Made by a program: the position numbers and the translations under genes. Positions 32,501 through 42,148 of a DNA stretch of 64,000 nt are shown here, piece after piece; the first letter of the stretch is position 1, and each line of letters opens with the position of its first letter. Source of the stretch: Myxococcales bacterium. Its GTDB lineage: Bacteria > Myxococcota_A > Polyangia > Polyangiales > Houyiibacteriaceae. Below the pieces are notes generated by a model. That model saw only the letters and a list, made by a program, of their open reading frames with translations. It had not been told where the DNA came from and did no database searches. The stretch is from positions 201,658-265,657 of the forward strand of contig JAOTVB010000003.1 of assembly GCA_029863605.1 (NCBI GenBank), read 5' to 3'.

Positions 32501-35500
32501 ATGAGAACGAAGCCAAAGCTCTTCAGCTCTCATTTCGCGGCCGCCTTGTTGGTGTCGTTCACCTTTAGTTGCACCAAAGGAGGCCCGACGGCGGACCGCG
32601 TCCAACCGAACCTTATCGACAAGGACATCTTGCAGGGTGAGTGGTGGGTGACCCAGACGGTCATCGATGCAGACGCGGAAGCGACCGGCCCCACGTGGAC
32701 CGGTGACGCTGGATGGGATCGCAGCCTCGACAAAGGGCAATCCGGCTCGCTTGGTCGCATTCGCTGGGTCATCGACGAGAAATTTCTCTTTGCCTTCAGG
32801 TCGTACGAGCTCGTCGATGGTGCCAATCCGAACGCCGACGACGAGGAGTTCCGGGGGCAGCCGCTCGCGGCCTTCGAGGTGATCGATCACGTCGACGTTC
32901 GACCCGAGTACAACGAAGTCACCGGAGAAACGCGCAACATCATCGAGGAGAACACTGAGGACCGTCGCTGGTACGAGCGCGAGTTCATGCGGGTCGATTG
33001 GTCGAAGAACCACGTGAAATCTTTCTTTTTCCCGGCCGAGCTCGACGCCCTCGGTGGTTGGACGGTCGAACCCGGGGCGTTCTTCATCCAGGATGCGAGC
33101 TCACACTGCACGGGCGAAGGCGAGGAAGAGCAGTGCAACTTCCCCAAGTCTTGGGAGCCGCAGTTCGTGACCCTCTCCGAAGACCCGAGCTATCGATTCG
33201 CCGATGAGTGGCCGGAAGGCAACGAAGATACCACGCACTACATGAGCTTCGTCACCTTCATGAACCTCTCGCCGGATGCGAACTGTGTTTTCGCGAGCGG
33301 GACGGCATGTCAAACGCTATCGATCCCCTCGCGGCTTGCGTTCTTGCGCGTTCCGCCCGATCACCAGTACGCAGCTGCTACCCAGAGCCACGAAGAGTTC
33401 GACAAGTTCGGGGTGTTCCGGACCTATCAACGGACGTACATCGGCGCTTCGGGTGACGGTACGACGCGTCGGTGCGATCGGAACGTCGACTGCGGAACGG
33501 GTGGTTTCTGCAATGTAGAAACGCACGCCTGCGAGGGTGGGCTTGGCGAAGACTTTGGCGAAACCGATTCGCTCGCGTTCCTCCGACCGCGACACAACTT
33601 CTTCGCGCGGTCACTGACCGACCAGGAGTGCACGGCGGATTGGCAGTGCGATGGGCGCTTCGGTGACTTGCCGAGTGCCCCTGGCTCGGTCTGCGACGCG
33701 CGCGCACGTCGATGTACGATTCCCATGCGCGACCGAGTACCTCGCCAACTTGCGGACGGCCCCGGGTCGGTGGCGTACTATTTGAATGCGGGTTTTCCCA
33801 AGCATCTCGTTCATCCGGCGATGGAGGTGATGGGCAACTGGAACGAAGTGTTCATGCGTGGATGGCGGGTTACCCGCGGAGAGGCCCTCCCGACCTACGA
33901 GTCGATGCGCATCGATTGTCAACAGCAGGACCCAACCCGGTACTGTTTCTGTGGGTCGCCCGATGACGTCGGAGGAACTTGTCGGGGACGGTACGACCCG
34001 TTCGTCACGCCTGCGAATTGGATTTCGCAAGGCGTCGATGACCCCTACCAATGTCACATCGAGAACGCGGAGTTCAGCGAGCCCGTTTCGCCGACCTCGT
34101 TTGACGACTACCCGCTTCCGCAAGCGTACCGATACCAATTCATCGGGGACGAGTGTTTGTTCGTTCTGCGCACCAATACCTGCGATTGGCACCGAACCGA
34201 TGCATCGCAGATCTGCGATGAGGTGCTCGATCTCGAAGGCGAGCCGGTCGTCTGGGAGCAGCTTGGGGACCTACGCTACCAGTTCTTCAACTTCATAGAC
34301 CAAGTGAACACACCGTTCGGTGGCGTGTCTAGCCCGTTGGCCGACCCCACCACTGGCGAGTTGATCACAGCCAATGCGAACTTCTCCGCACGCGGGGTCG
34401 AGGCCCGGGCGACGCAGGCGCTCGACTTCTTTCCAGTGCTTCGATGCGCCAATGACGACCTCGGGTGTGATGCGGGTGACGAGGCCGCAGCCGAGCGCTA
34501 TCTCACGGGCGAGAACCTTCGAGCATACTTCTCGAATCTTGGTCGAACCGAGCATCCTGCAGGTCTTGCCGCCTCAGGCTCGGACGGCTTCAGCATCGAC
34601 GATACGTCCCGGCCGCAGCTCCCGGTCGACGTCAACGGGGCCCTGCGCAATGTCATGGCCCGCGCAGAAGACCGCATCGATAGCCTTCGTGGCCAGGAGG
34701 GCCGCTCCCAACTCTTGAGCGACCGAATGCGTCGACTGGCCGGCACCTCGATTGAGCAGAAACTGATGGGCTCTCTCGGCGTGGACGGATACGAAGCCCT
34801 CAATCGACATTTCGACCATGGCCAACAATACGTGTTTGGGCTCACGCCCCAGACGAGCATCTACGACGAAGACATTCTCGATCAGATTTCGCCGTTCCGC
34901 GGGACGAGCTTCACGCGCACGCTCAGTGCTGGGGCCGACGCCGACGATGAGCTCTCCAGTCACAACATCTGTTTCGGCAACGAGACACCATTCCGCAAGC
35001 GCTACCTCGAGTATTGGGCCGAGGCGTTTCGCGGCCGACCTCCGACCGAGGCCTCGATCCGCATGCAACAGCTCTACACGAGGCAAGTGCAATACCACGA
35101 GATCGGTCATTCGGTCGGGCTTCGGCACAATTTCGCCGCAAGCCTGGATCGTGACAACTACGGTGATGGTTACTTCAACCTGGTCATGGGCGACTCCTCT
35201 TCGAGCGGCGACGACTTGCCCCTTCCGAGGCTCGAGGACTACGACCTCGACGATGACGGGTTTGTCGCGGGGCCCGAGTTCGATCAGTACTTGAGCGACC
35301 TGCGCGAGACGCGGAACGAACGCGCCAAGCGGGGTGCGCACAACTACATGTCGAGCTCGACGATGGACTACAGCGGCGACGAGTCAGACGCCCAGGGCTT
35401 GGGTCGCTACGACGTGGCCGCAACGATCTGGAACCACTTCGACCAGCAGGAGGTCTACAACCTTTCGAGAGATGCCGTGGAGACCGACGAAGACGGTCCC

Positions 35501-37123
35501 TTCGAGGGGCTCAAACGCTCCCACGAGGTGGGCCGCGTGTGGTGGCAGGCTTACCTTGGTGGGGAGCGCTGCGGGGTCGATGCCGAATGTCCGTACTCCC
35601 GCGTGTCAGGGGCGATTCCCGATACCCAGCCGGTTTATCAGCGATGTGTCCAAAACCCTCGTAGGGTATTCCCCCAACAGGAGTGCGCGGGCCAATCGGA
35701 TTGTGTCTGTTCCAACTTCGACTTTGACGTCATCGACTATGCGGACACCGCGGGCTACCCAGAAGCCGGCGTCGACCGAAACTACGCCCCGGTGCGCTAC
35801 CTGTTTTGTCCTGACGACCGAACCAAAGATATATCGTGGTGTACGCGCTTCGACGCGGGAGAAAGCTTTCACGAAGTTATCGATCACTATCGGCGCAGTT
35901 GGGAAGAGCTTTACCCTTCGGAGTACTATCGGCGCTTCCGACGGGGCGGTGCGCAGGGCGGTGAATCGACCGACATGGTCAAGCAGGCGGCCAAGATCTA
36001 TCAGCATCTCTTTTTTCGCTTCAACTTCGAACCTGGCTTCTCGTTGGACACCGGCCCGCTTGGTTTCGACGATCAGTTCTTGGCCTCGATTGACGCCATG
36101 AACTGGTTCGTAGAAATCGTGAACCTGCCGGATGAAGGCTCCTACCAATACGACGCGAGCCAGAACATGTACCGCTTGATGGGCGAGTCGATCGACCTCC
36201 CGGGGGCCGACCTGAGCTTCCTGCCAGGGCAAGGGTTTGGCATGTGGACCAAGTACCAAGACGGCTATTTTGGGTTCTTCCGACCGGAGCGCGCTGGGGT
36301 TTTCTACGACAAGTTTGCCGCGCTCTGGGCGTTGGCGATCCGCGATTGGGACTTGGACTTCACAGTCGACGAGCGCTACTTCATCAACTTCTACGACCTC
36401 TTTCAGACGGAGATGACCGAGTTCTTCGGCGGCGTCATTCTCCAGGACGAGAGCTGGTTCGCGCCGCGGCTTCGCATGGAAGACGGCCAGCCGATCGTCC
36501 AGCACATGAGTTGGTATCGCGGAACGGCGCTCGGTGAATGCTTCGAGAACAACGCGTTCGTTCCCTGCCGTGGCAGCCAGCGCGAGGTGTACCCAGACGC
36601 CCCGATCGGGGGAACGACCAACGAGGTGCTCAGAAGCTGGGCAGCGATTCTCGCGCTTGCGCAATTCCCCGTCTACTACGACACGAGCTTCGAGCAGCGG
36701 CTCTTGATCTTCAAAGCAGGCAGCGGCTCGGGTTTCAACATTCCGGACATCCAAGCCGATGGCAGCCCTACCTGCGTCTACGGGACAGACGGTCTCGGAG
36801 CGGGTCACCTGGTGGTCGACCCCGGGGTACCGAATGACTGTGATACCGCCGAGGATGCCGATTACGTCGTCTTCGAGTCGAACCGGTTCCGTACTCCTTA
36901 CGTCGCCGTCAAAGTGCGGCCAAGCCTGGAATTGAACCTCGAAGAGGAGCAGGTCGGCTTTCAACTGCTCAAACGACTCGTAGACCTACAAGCCGAGGTA
37001 GACGCTCTTCCGCCAACCGATCCTTCGGTGCCTGGCAAGCTACAGGAGCTTCAACAGGGGGAATCGTTCCTCGAGTACCTCATCGAGCTTCAAACGGCGT
37101 ACGGAATCAGCAACTTCTTCTGA
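32501..37123 (+). CDS. giant lipoprotein with metzincin zinc-metalloprotease core (DUF4953-like), paralog 2
   Basis: The ATG lies 1 nt after the stop of paralog 1. Signal FAAALLVSFTFSC. Zinc site HEIGHSVGLRH (35096-35128). Met-turn SSSTMDY (35351-35371). It is collinear with paralog 1. Confidence 0.8.
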   Translation: MRTKPKLFSSHFAAALLVSFTFSCTKGGPTADRVQPNLIDKDILQGEWWVTQTVIDADAEATGPTWTGDAGWDRSLDKGQSGSLGRIRWVIDEKFLFAFRSYELVDGANPNADDEEFRGQPLAAFEVIDHVDVRPEYNEVTGETRNIIEENTEDRRWYEREFMRVDWSKNHVKSFFFPAELDALGGWTVEPGAFFIQDASSHCTGEGEEEQCNFPKSWEPQFVTLSEDPSYRFADEWPEGNEDTTHYMSFVTFMNLSPDANCVFASGTACQTLSIPSRLAFLRVPPDHQYAAATQSHEEFDKFGVFRTYQRTYIGASGDGTTRRCDRNVDCGTGGFCNVETHACEGGLGEDFGETDSLAFLRPRHNFFARSLTDQECTADWQCDGRFGDLPSAPGSVCDARARRCTIPMRDRVPRQLADGPGSVAYYLNAGFPKHLVHPAMEVMGNWNEVFMRGWRVTRGEALPTYESMRIDCQQQDPTRYCFCGSPDDVGGTCRGRYDPFVTPANWISQGVDDPYQCHIENAEFSEPVSPTSFDDYPLPQAYRYQFIGDECLFVLRTNTCDWHRTDASQICDEVLDLEGEPVVWEQLGDLRYQFFNFIDQVNTPFGGVSSPLADPTTGELITANANFSARGVEARATQALDFFPVLRCANDDLGCDAGDEAAAERYLTGENLRAYFSNLGRTEHPAGLAASGSDGFSIDDTSRPQLPVDVNGALRNVMARAEDRIDSLRGQEGRSQLLSDRMRRLAGTSIEQKLMGSLGVDGYEALNRHFDHGQQYVFGLTPQTSIYDEDILDQISPFRGTSFTRTLSAGADADDELSSHNICFGNETPFRKRYLEYWAEAFRGRPPTEASIRMQQLYTRQVQYHEIGHSVGLRHNFAASLDRDNYGDGYFNLVMGDSSSSGDDLPLPRLEDYDLDDDGFVAGPEFDQYLSDLRETRNERAKRGAHNYMSSSTMDYSGDESDAQGLGRYDVAATIWNHFDQQEVYNLSRDAVETDEDGPFEGLKRSHEVGRVWWQAYLGGERCGVDAECPYSRVSGAIPDTQPVYQRCVQNPRRVFPQQECAGQSDCVCSNFDFDVIDYADTAGYPEAGVDRNYAPVRYLFCPDDRTKDISWCTRFDAGESFHEVIDHYRRSWEELYPSEYYRRFRRGGAQGGESTDMVKQAAKIYQHLFFRFNFEPGFSLDTGPLGFDDQFLASIDAMNWFVEIVNLPDEGSYQYDASQNMYRLMGESIDLPGADLSFLPGQGFGMWTKYQDGYFGFFRPERAGVFYDKFAALWALAIRDWDLDFTVDERYFINFYDLFQTEMTEFFGGVILQDESWFAPRLRMEDGQPIVQHMSWYRGTALGECFENNAFVPCRGSQREVYPDAPIGGTTNEVLRSWAAILALAQFPVYYDTSFEQRLLIFKAGSGSGFNIPDIQADGSPTCVYGTDGLGAGHLVVDPGVPNDCDTAEDADYVVFESNRFRTPYVAVKVRPSLELNLEEEQVGFQLLKRLVDLQAEVDALPPTDPSVPGKLQELQQGESFLEYLIELQTAYGISNFF

Positions 37124-37157
37124 TGGCGCTCGTAAGGCGTTCCTGTAAGCTATCGAC

Positions 37158-38138
37158 GTGGGGACGCCGTTGCCGGACAAGGACGACCTGCTCAGACAAT
37201 ACCGGTCGATGATGCGGATCCGCCGCTTCGAAGAAGAAGCGGCGCGCAACTATGCCAAGGGCAGGATTGGCGGTTTCCTTCATCTGTACATTGGGCAGGA
37301 GGCGATCGCAGTCGGGGCGGTCGATGCGCTTCGAGACCAGGACTACGTCTTTCAGACCTACCGCGACCATGGCATTGCCCTTGCGCGCGGGATGCCGGCC
37401 AAGGCCGCGATGGCCGAGCTCTTCGGCAAAGACACGGGCTGCTCGCGCGGGATGGGCGGCTCGATGCACTTTTTCGACGTCGAGCGCAACTTTCTCGGAG
37501 GCTGGGCCATCGTCGGCGGCCACATGGCGCTCGCCGCCGGCACCGCATTCAAGTCCAGGTACAACGGTGAAGATCGTGTGACGATCTGCTTTTTCGGTGA
37601 AGGCTCGACCAACATCGGGGGCTTTCATGAAGCGATGAGTCTGGCTGGCCTCTGGAAGCTCCCCATCGTGTTTGTTTGCGAGAACAACCAATATGCGATG
37701 GGGACCCCTCTCGAGCGCACGAGCGCCCTCAAAGACCTATCGATCAAGGCCAAAGGCTACGCGATGGCGGGCGCGCGGTTCGAAGGCCACGACGTCACCC
37801 TCGTCCAGGAACGGATCGCCGAGGCGGTGGATCGCGCACGGACGGGGGCTGGGCCGACGTTCATCGAGGTGCTCACATATCGGTTCCGTGGACACTCGAT
37901 GAGCGACCCCGCGAAGTACAGGTCGCGCACGGAGCTCGAGCAAAAGAAGCAACTCGACCCGATCCAGGTGGCGCGCGAAAGGATACTGGAGCTCGGGGTC
38001 GAAGAGGCCAAGCTCGACGACATCGACCTCGAAGTCGATGAAGAGATCGACGCAGCCGTGAAATTCGCCGAAGAGTCCGAGCCTGCGCGTCGAGAGGTCA
38101 TGCTGGGCACGGTCTACGCCGAGGAGGGAGAGTTGTGA
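37158..38138 (+). CDS. pdhA: pyruvate dehydrogenase E1 component alpha subunit
   Basis: RFEEEAARNYAKGRIGGFLHLYIGQEA and the ThDP motif FFGEGSTNIGGFHEAMSLAGLWKLPIVFVCENNQYAMGT are present. Confidence 0.9.
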   Translation: MGTPLPDKDDLLRQYRSMMRIRRFEEEAARNYAKGRIGGFLHLYIGQEAIAVGAVDALRDQDYVFQTYRDHGIALARGMPAKAAMAELFGKDTGCSRGMGGSMHFFDVERNFLGGWAIVGGHMALAAGTAFKSRYNGEDRVTICFFGEGSTNIGGFHEAMSLAGLWKLPIVFVCENNQYAMGTPLERTSALKDLSIKAKGYAMAGARFEGHDVTLVQERIAEAVDRARTGAGPTFIEVLTYRFRGHSMSDPAKYRSRTELEQKKQLDPIQVARERILELGVEEAKLDDIDLEVDEEIDAAVKFAEESEPARREVMLGTVYAEEGEL

Positions 38139-39121
38139 GAGAGCTTCGCTACCGAGAAGCGCTTCGCGAGGCGATGCTCGAGGAGATGGAGCGTGACGAA
38201 CGGGTCTTCTTGATGGGAGAAGAAGTCGGGCACTATCAAGGTGCCTACAAAGTTTCTGAGGGCCTTCTCGACAAGTTCGGCGAGCGTCGCGTCATCGACA
38301 CCCCAATCGCCGAGTCCGGTTTTGCGGGTATCGGCATCGGTGCAGCGATGGTGGGTCTTCGACCGATCATCGAGTTCATGACTTGGAATTTCTCGTTCGT
38401 CGCATTCGACCAAGTCATCAGCAATGCAGCCAAGATCCATCAGATGAGTGCGGGTGCGATTCACGTACCGATCGTCTTCCGTGGTCCGAATGGCGCGGCT
38501 CGGCAGGTGGCGTCGCAGCACAGCCATGCGGTGGCACCGTTCTACGTCGGCATCCCGGGCCTCTACGTGTGCCAGCCAAGCACTCCGCGCGATGCCAAGG
38601 GTCTCCTCAAGACCGCAATTCGTAGCAACAATCCCGTGATCTTCCTCGAGGGCGAAACGCTCTACGGCGTGAAAGGCGAAGTCCCGGACGAAGGGGTCGA
38701 GGAGCTGATCCCTTTTGGCGCAAGCCGAGTCGCCCGCCACGGGGCCGACTGCACCATCGTGACCTGGGGTCGCCCCTACTATGTGGCGATGGCAGCGGCT
38801 GAGAAGCTCGCAGCGGACGGGACCGAGTGCGAGGTCATCGACCCTCGGACGCTGCGCCCTCTCGACATGGGTCCGGTGATCAAAAGCGTGCGAAAAACCA
38901 ATCGGTGCGTGGTGGTCCACGAGCACTGGCCGTATGGTGGTCCCGGCGCCGAGGTTGTTGACCGCGTTCAGCGGGAGGCGTTTGATTACCTCGATGCTCC
39001 GGTCGAGCGGGTGACCGGGCTTGACGTGCCGATGCCTTATGCGCTCAATCTCGAGAACGAAGTGCTTCCGACGGAGGAGCGAGTCATCGACGCGGTGAAG
39101 CGCGTCAGCTACGCGAAGTGA
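38135..39121 (+). CDS. pdhB: pyruvate dehydrogenase E1 component beta subunit
   Basis: GTGA overlap with pdhA. VIDTPIAESGFAGIGIGAAMVGLRPIIEFMTWNF is typical of the E1 beta transketolase-like fold. Confidence 0.9.
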   Translation: MRELRYREALREAMLEEMERDERVFLMGEEVGHYQGAYKVSEGLLDKFGERRVIDTPIAESGFAGIGIGAAMVGLRPIIEFMTWNFSFVAFDQVISNAAKIHQMSAGAIHVPIVFRGPNGAARQVASQHSHAVAPFYVGIPGLYVCQPSTPRDAKGLLKTAIRSNNPVIFLEGETLYGVKGEVPDEGVEELIPFGASRVARHGADCTIVTWGRPYYVAMAAAEKLAADGTECEVIDPRTLRPLDMGPVIKSVRKTNRCVVVHEHWPYGGPGAEVVDRVQREAFDYLDAPVERVTGLDVPMPYALNLENEVLPTEERVIDAVKRVSYAK

Positions 39122-39124
39122 ACC

Positions 39125-40396
39125 ATGGCAAAGATCATCGGACTCCCCAAGCTCTCACCGACGATGGAAGAAGGCACGCTCGTCTCGTGGGCCAAGAAGG
39201 AAGGTGACTCTGTCGATGTCGACGATCTTCTGGCGGAGGTCGAGACCGACAAAGCGACGATGGAGTTTCGGTCGTTCGACCGCGGCGTGCTCTTGAAGAT
39301 CTTGGTTCCGGAGGGCGTGACTCTCGAAGCTGAGGTTCCGGTGGCGATCATCGGGAAGGCGGGAGAGGACATCACCGAGCTCTTGGCGCAGGTAGAGGCG
39401 GCGGGGGCACCCCGTAAAGAGGCTGCGTCGCCACGGGGCGAGGGGATAGCGACAGAGTCAGAGACACCGTCAGGACCAATGGCAGAGTCAGCGCCAGAGT
39501 CCGCGCCAGAGTCCGCGCCAGTCTCAACCACGGGGGGCAATGGGGGGCGGGTGATCTCTTCTCCGCTTGTTCGGCGGCTGGCTCGGGAACGGAGCATCGA
39601 TCTTGGATCGGTCCAGGGTACGGGGCCCCATGGGCGCATCGTCAAGCGCGATATCGAGTCGTACACCGGCCCCGGAGCAACCAGCACGATGCTCAGCGGA
39701 GAGCGTTTGCCGCCAGAGGTTCGGCAAGCCAGTAGCATGCGGAGGACGATCGCGAGGCGGCTGACAGAGTCGACGCAAAGCATCCCGCACTACTACCTGA
39801 CGATCGACTGCGATATCGGTCCGCTTTCCGATGCGCGAAAGGCGATGAACGCCGAGTTAGAGGCGGACGCTAAGAAGGTATCGCTCAACGACTTGATCAT
39901 CAAAGCGGCGGCGGTCGCGCTGCGTCGCGTTCCCGAGGTCAACGCATCGTGGATGGGCAAGGAGATTCACTACCATCAAGTCGTGGATATCTCGGTCGCG
40001 GTTGCGGTCGACGACGGGCTGATGACGCCGGTCATTCGCGATGCCGACCGAAAAGGGATCACTCAGATCGCCGACGAAGTCCGTCACCTCGCCGGCCGTG
40101 CCCGCGAACGAAAGCTATCGATCGAAGAGATGACCAACGGGACGTTCTCGATCTCGAATCTCGGTATGTATGGTATCGAAGAGTTCACCGCGGTCATCAA
40201 TCCGCCAGAAGCTGCCATTCTTGCGGTAGGGACCATCCGAGAAGAGCCGGTCGTTCAGGCTGGTGAGGTCGTCCCGGGCCGCCGCATGCGTTTCACCATG
40301 AGCTGTGACCACCGAATCGTCGATGGTGCGGTGGGCGCCCGCTACATGGCCGCCTTCAAACGCATCATCGAATCCCCTCTCAACATGCTGCTATGA
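39125..40396 (+). CDS. dihydrolipoamide acetyltransferase (E2) of the PDH complex
   Basis: Lipoyl domain LAEVETDKATMEF, E3-binding domain ISSPLVRRLARERSIDLGSVQGTGPHGRIVKRDI, and catalytic motif SCDHRIVDGA are present. Confidence 0.9.
   Translation: MAKIIGLPKLSPTMEEGTLVSWAKKEGDSVDVDDLLAEVETDKATMEFRSFDRGVLLKILVPEGVTLEAEVPVAIIGKAGEDITELLAQVEAAGAPRKEAASPRGEGIATESETPSGPMAESAPESAPESAPVSTTGGNGGRVISSPLVRRLARERSIDLGSVQGTGPHGRIVKRDIESYTGPGATSTMLSGERLPPEVRQASSMRRTIARRLTESTQSIPHYYLTIDCDIGPLSDARKAMNAELEADAKKVSLNDLIIKAAAVALRRVPEVNASWMGKEIHYHQVVDISVAVAVDDGLMTPVIRDADRKGITQIADEVRHLAGRARERKLSIEEMTNGTFSISNLGMYGIEEFTAVINPPEAAILAVGTIREEPVVQAGEVVPGRRMRFTMSCDHRIVDGAVGARYMAAFKRIIESPLNMLL
39485..39520 (+). repeat. 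12-nt tandem repeat x3 in the E2 inter-domain linker
   Basis: gagtcagcgcca gagtccgcgcca gagtccgcgcca, encoding ESAP ESAP ESAP. Confidence 0.8.
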
Positions 40397-40638
40397 GCCC
40401 TGAGACCGGATCAACTTGGCTCGATTGGGCGGTGTGGGACACGGCCATGGGTCGGAGCGTTTACAGGAAGAGCCGGAACACGAGCACGAACGCCATGACG
40501 AAGGCGGCTACGAACGCCGCAGTTTCGAGCTTCTTCCGCATTGCCGCGGCACGATCATATGCAAGATCGGCGTCGCGTTGCTAGCCGTGCGCGGACGTCG
40601 TGTGTGTAAGGTTCAGCGTACAGCAGCGCACACGCGCG

Positions 40639-42045
40639 TCAGCAGGCGCCGTGGAAACGCTTTGCGTCCGTCGGAAAGATCTTTCCAGGATTCAAGACGT
40701 GTTTCGGATCGAAAACGTTCTTGATCCGTTGTTGGAGCTCGATGAGCGCGGGCGACTGCTCCATTGGGAGATAGGGAGCCTTCAGAACGCCGATGCCGTG
40801 CTCGCCGCTCAGGGTTCCTCGAAGCTCGATCACCCGTTCGAACAGTCGTCGGACTGCCTTGTCCACGATGTGCTTCTGATCGGGGTCGTCCCACAAGAAA
40901 TTCACGTGGAGATTGCCGTCGCCAGCGTGGCCATACGTGGGAATTATCAACCGGTTCTCCTCCGATAGCTCGGCGCAGGTCTGAAGCAGGTCGGCCATTT
41001 TCGTTCTGGGAACGACGACGTCCTCCGATAGCTTGTTCTTGGCCTGTCGTCGGAGGCTGTAGCTGAGCTCACGCCGCGAGGCCCAGAGACGCTCCCGCTC
41101 TCCGCTGTTCTGCGCCACCAAAACCTCGATCGCACCGACGTCGGTAAGCGTGTTACCGCAGACTTCGAGATCGCCGTCTAGCCGGTCTGCATCGCCGTCG
41201 AGCTCCAAGAGAAGGATCGCCCGCGTTTCGTCGGGTATCGTCAAACCCGCCTCGGGTCGCACGATGCGAATCGCCTCCGCGTCGAGCAGCTCGATGCAGG
41301 ACGGCACATGCCCCACTGACAACAAGGCTCGCACGGCCGGAGCCACGTCGTCGAGGCTCGGGAAGCAGGCGAGGAGGGTGACGGTCGCTTCCGGCTTCGG
41401 AATCAGGCGCAATGTCGCCTCCGTCACGATTCCTAGCGTGCCTTCGCTCCCGATCATCAACGCGGTCAGGTCATACCCTGTAACGCCCTTCTTTGTTTCG
41501 TGGCCGAGCTCGAGCACGGTACCGTCTGCCAGCACCACTTCCATGCCGAGCACGTACTCCCGCGTAACGCCGTACTTGAATGCTCGCGGCCCGCCTGCGT
41601 TGGTGGCCAGGTTTCCCCCAATGGCGCACGAGTCGCGCGAGTTGGGGTCCGGCGGATAATAGAGTTGCTGGTCCTCCACCAAGCGCTTGAGCTCGCCTGT
41701 GATCACGCCGGGCTGCACCCTGGTGGTGAGCTCGTCTCGATCGATGTGCTTGATCGCACCCATCCGGTCGAAGGTGAGCACGATGCCCCCCGGAACGGGT
41801 ACGGCACCACCCACGCGTCCGGTGCCGCCACCCCGAGGTGTTACCGGCACTCCGTGCTCGAACGCCGCTCGCATGACTTCCGAGACTTGCTGGGTACTAC
41901 TCGCCCGAACGACTGCTTCAGGAACACACGGCGTGGTTTCGCTCTCGTCTCCGGCGTATCCTTCGAGCAGGGTTTCGTCGCGAATTACGGAGCCAGATCC
42001 ACACGCGCGCTCGATCGCGAGCAAAGCGCTGTCCAAAGAAGACAT
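40639..42045 (-). CDS. FAD-linked oxidase (GlcD / D-lactate dehydrogenase-like)
   Basis: FAD-binding PCMH domain (VTPRGGGTGRVGGAVP) and C-terminal GTLSGEHGIGVLKAPYL are typical of the GlcD family. Confidence 0.85.
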   Translation of the reverse strand: MSSLDSALLAIERACGSGSVIRDETLLEGYAGDESETTPCVPEAVVRASSTQQVSEVMRAAFEHGVPVTPRGGGTGRVGGAVPVPGGIVLTFDRMGAIKHIDRDELTTRVQPGVITGELKRLVEDQQLYYPPDPNSRDSCAIGGNLATNAGGPRAFKYGVTREYVLGMEVVLADGTVLELGHETKKGVTGYDLTALMIGSEGTLGIVTEATLRLIPKPEATVTLLACFPSLDDVAPAVRALLSVGHVPSCIELLDAEAIRIVRPEAGLTIPDETRAILLLELDGDADRLDGDLEVCGNTLTDVGAIEVLVAQNSGERERLWASRRELSYSLRRQAKNKLSEDVVVPRTKMADLLQTCAELSEENRLIIPTYGHAGDGNLHVNFLWDDPDQKHIVDKAVRRLFERVIELRGTLSGEHGIGVLKAPYLPMEQSPALIELQQRIKNVFDPKHVLNPGKIFPTDAKRFHGAC

Positions 42046-42148
42046 AGCGCGAGCCTTGGGCCGTGCGCCCAGTCGGTCAAGGGCACGTGCGATCAGCAGG
42101 AGGAGGCGCTAAGCTCTACAGCCGCGGCTGCCCCGCCGCTCCCTGACC

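Noticed and set aside
35606-36964. 452-aa antisense ORF inside metalloprotease paralog 2, with similar ones at 30082-31077, 28222-28566 and 33611-34192
   Set aside because: The sense frame carries the conserved paralog alignment and the zinc motif. The antisense products show no motifs and have skewed composition.
40393-40584. 63-aa plus-strand ORF immediately after the E2 gene
   Set aside because: The composition is unlike neighbouring genes, and no motif or signal is present. The opposite strand holds a more protein-like mini-ORF, reported separately at low confidence.
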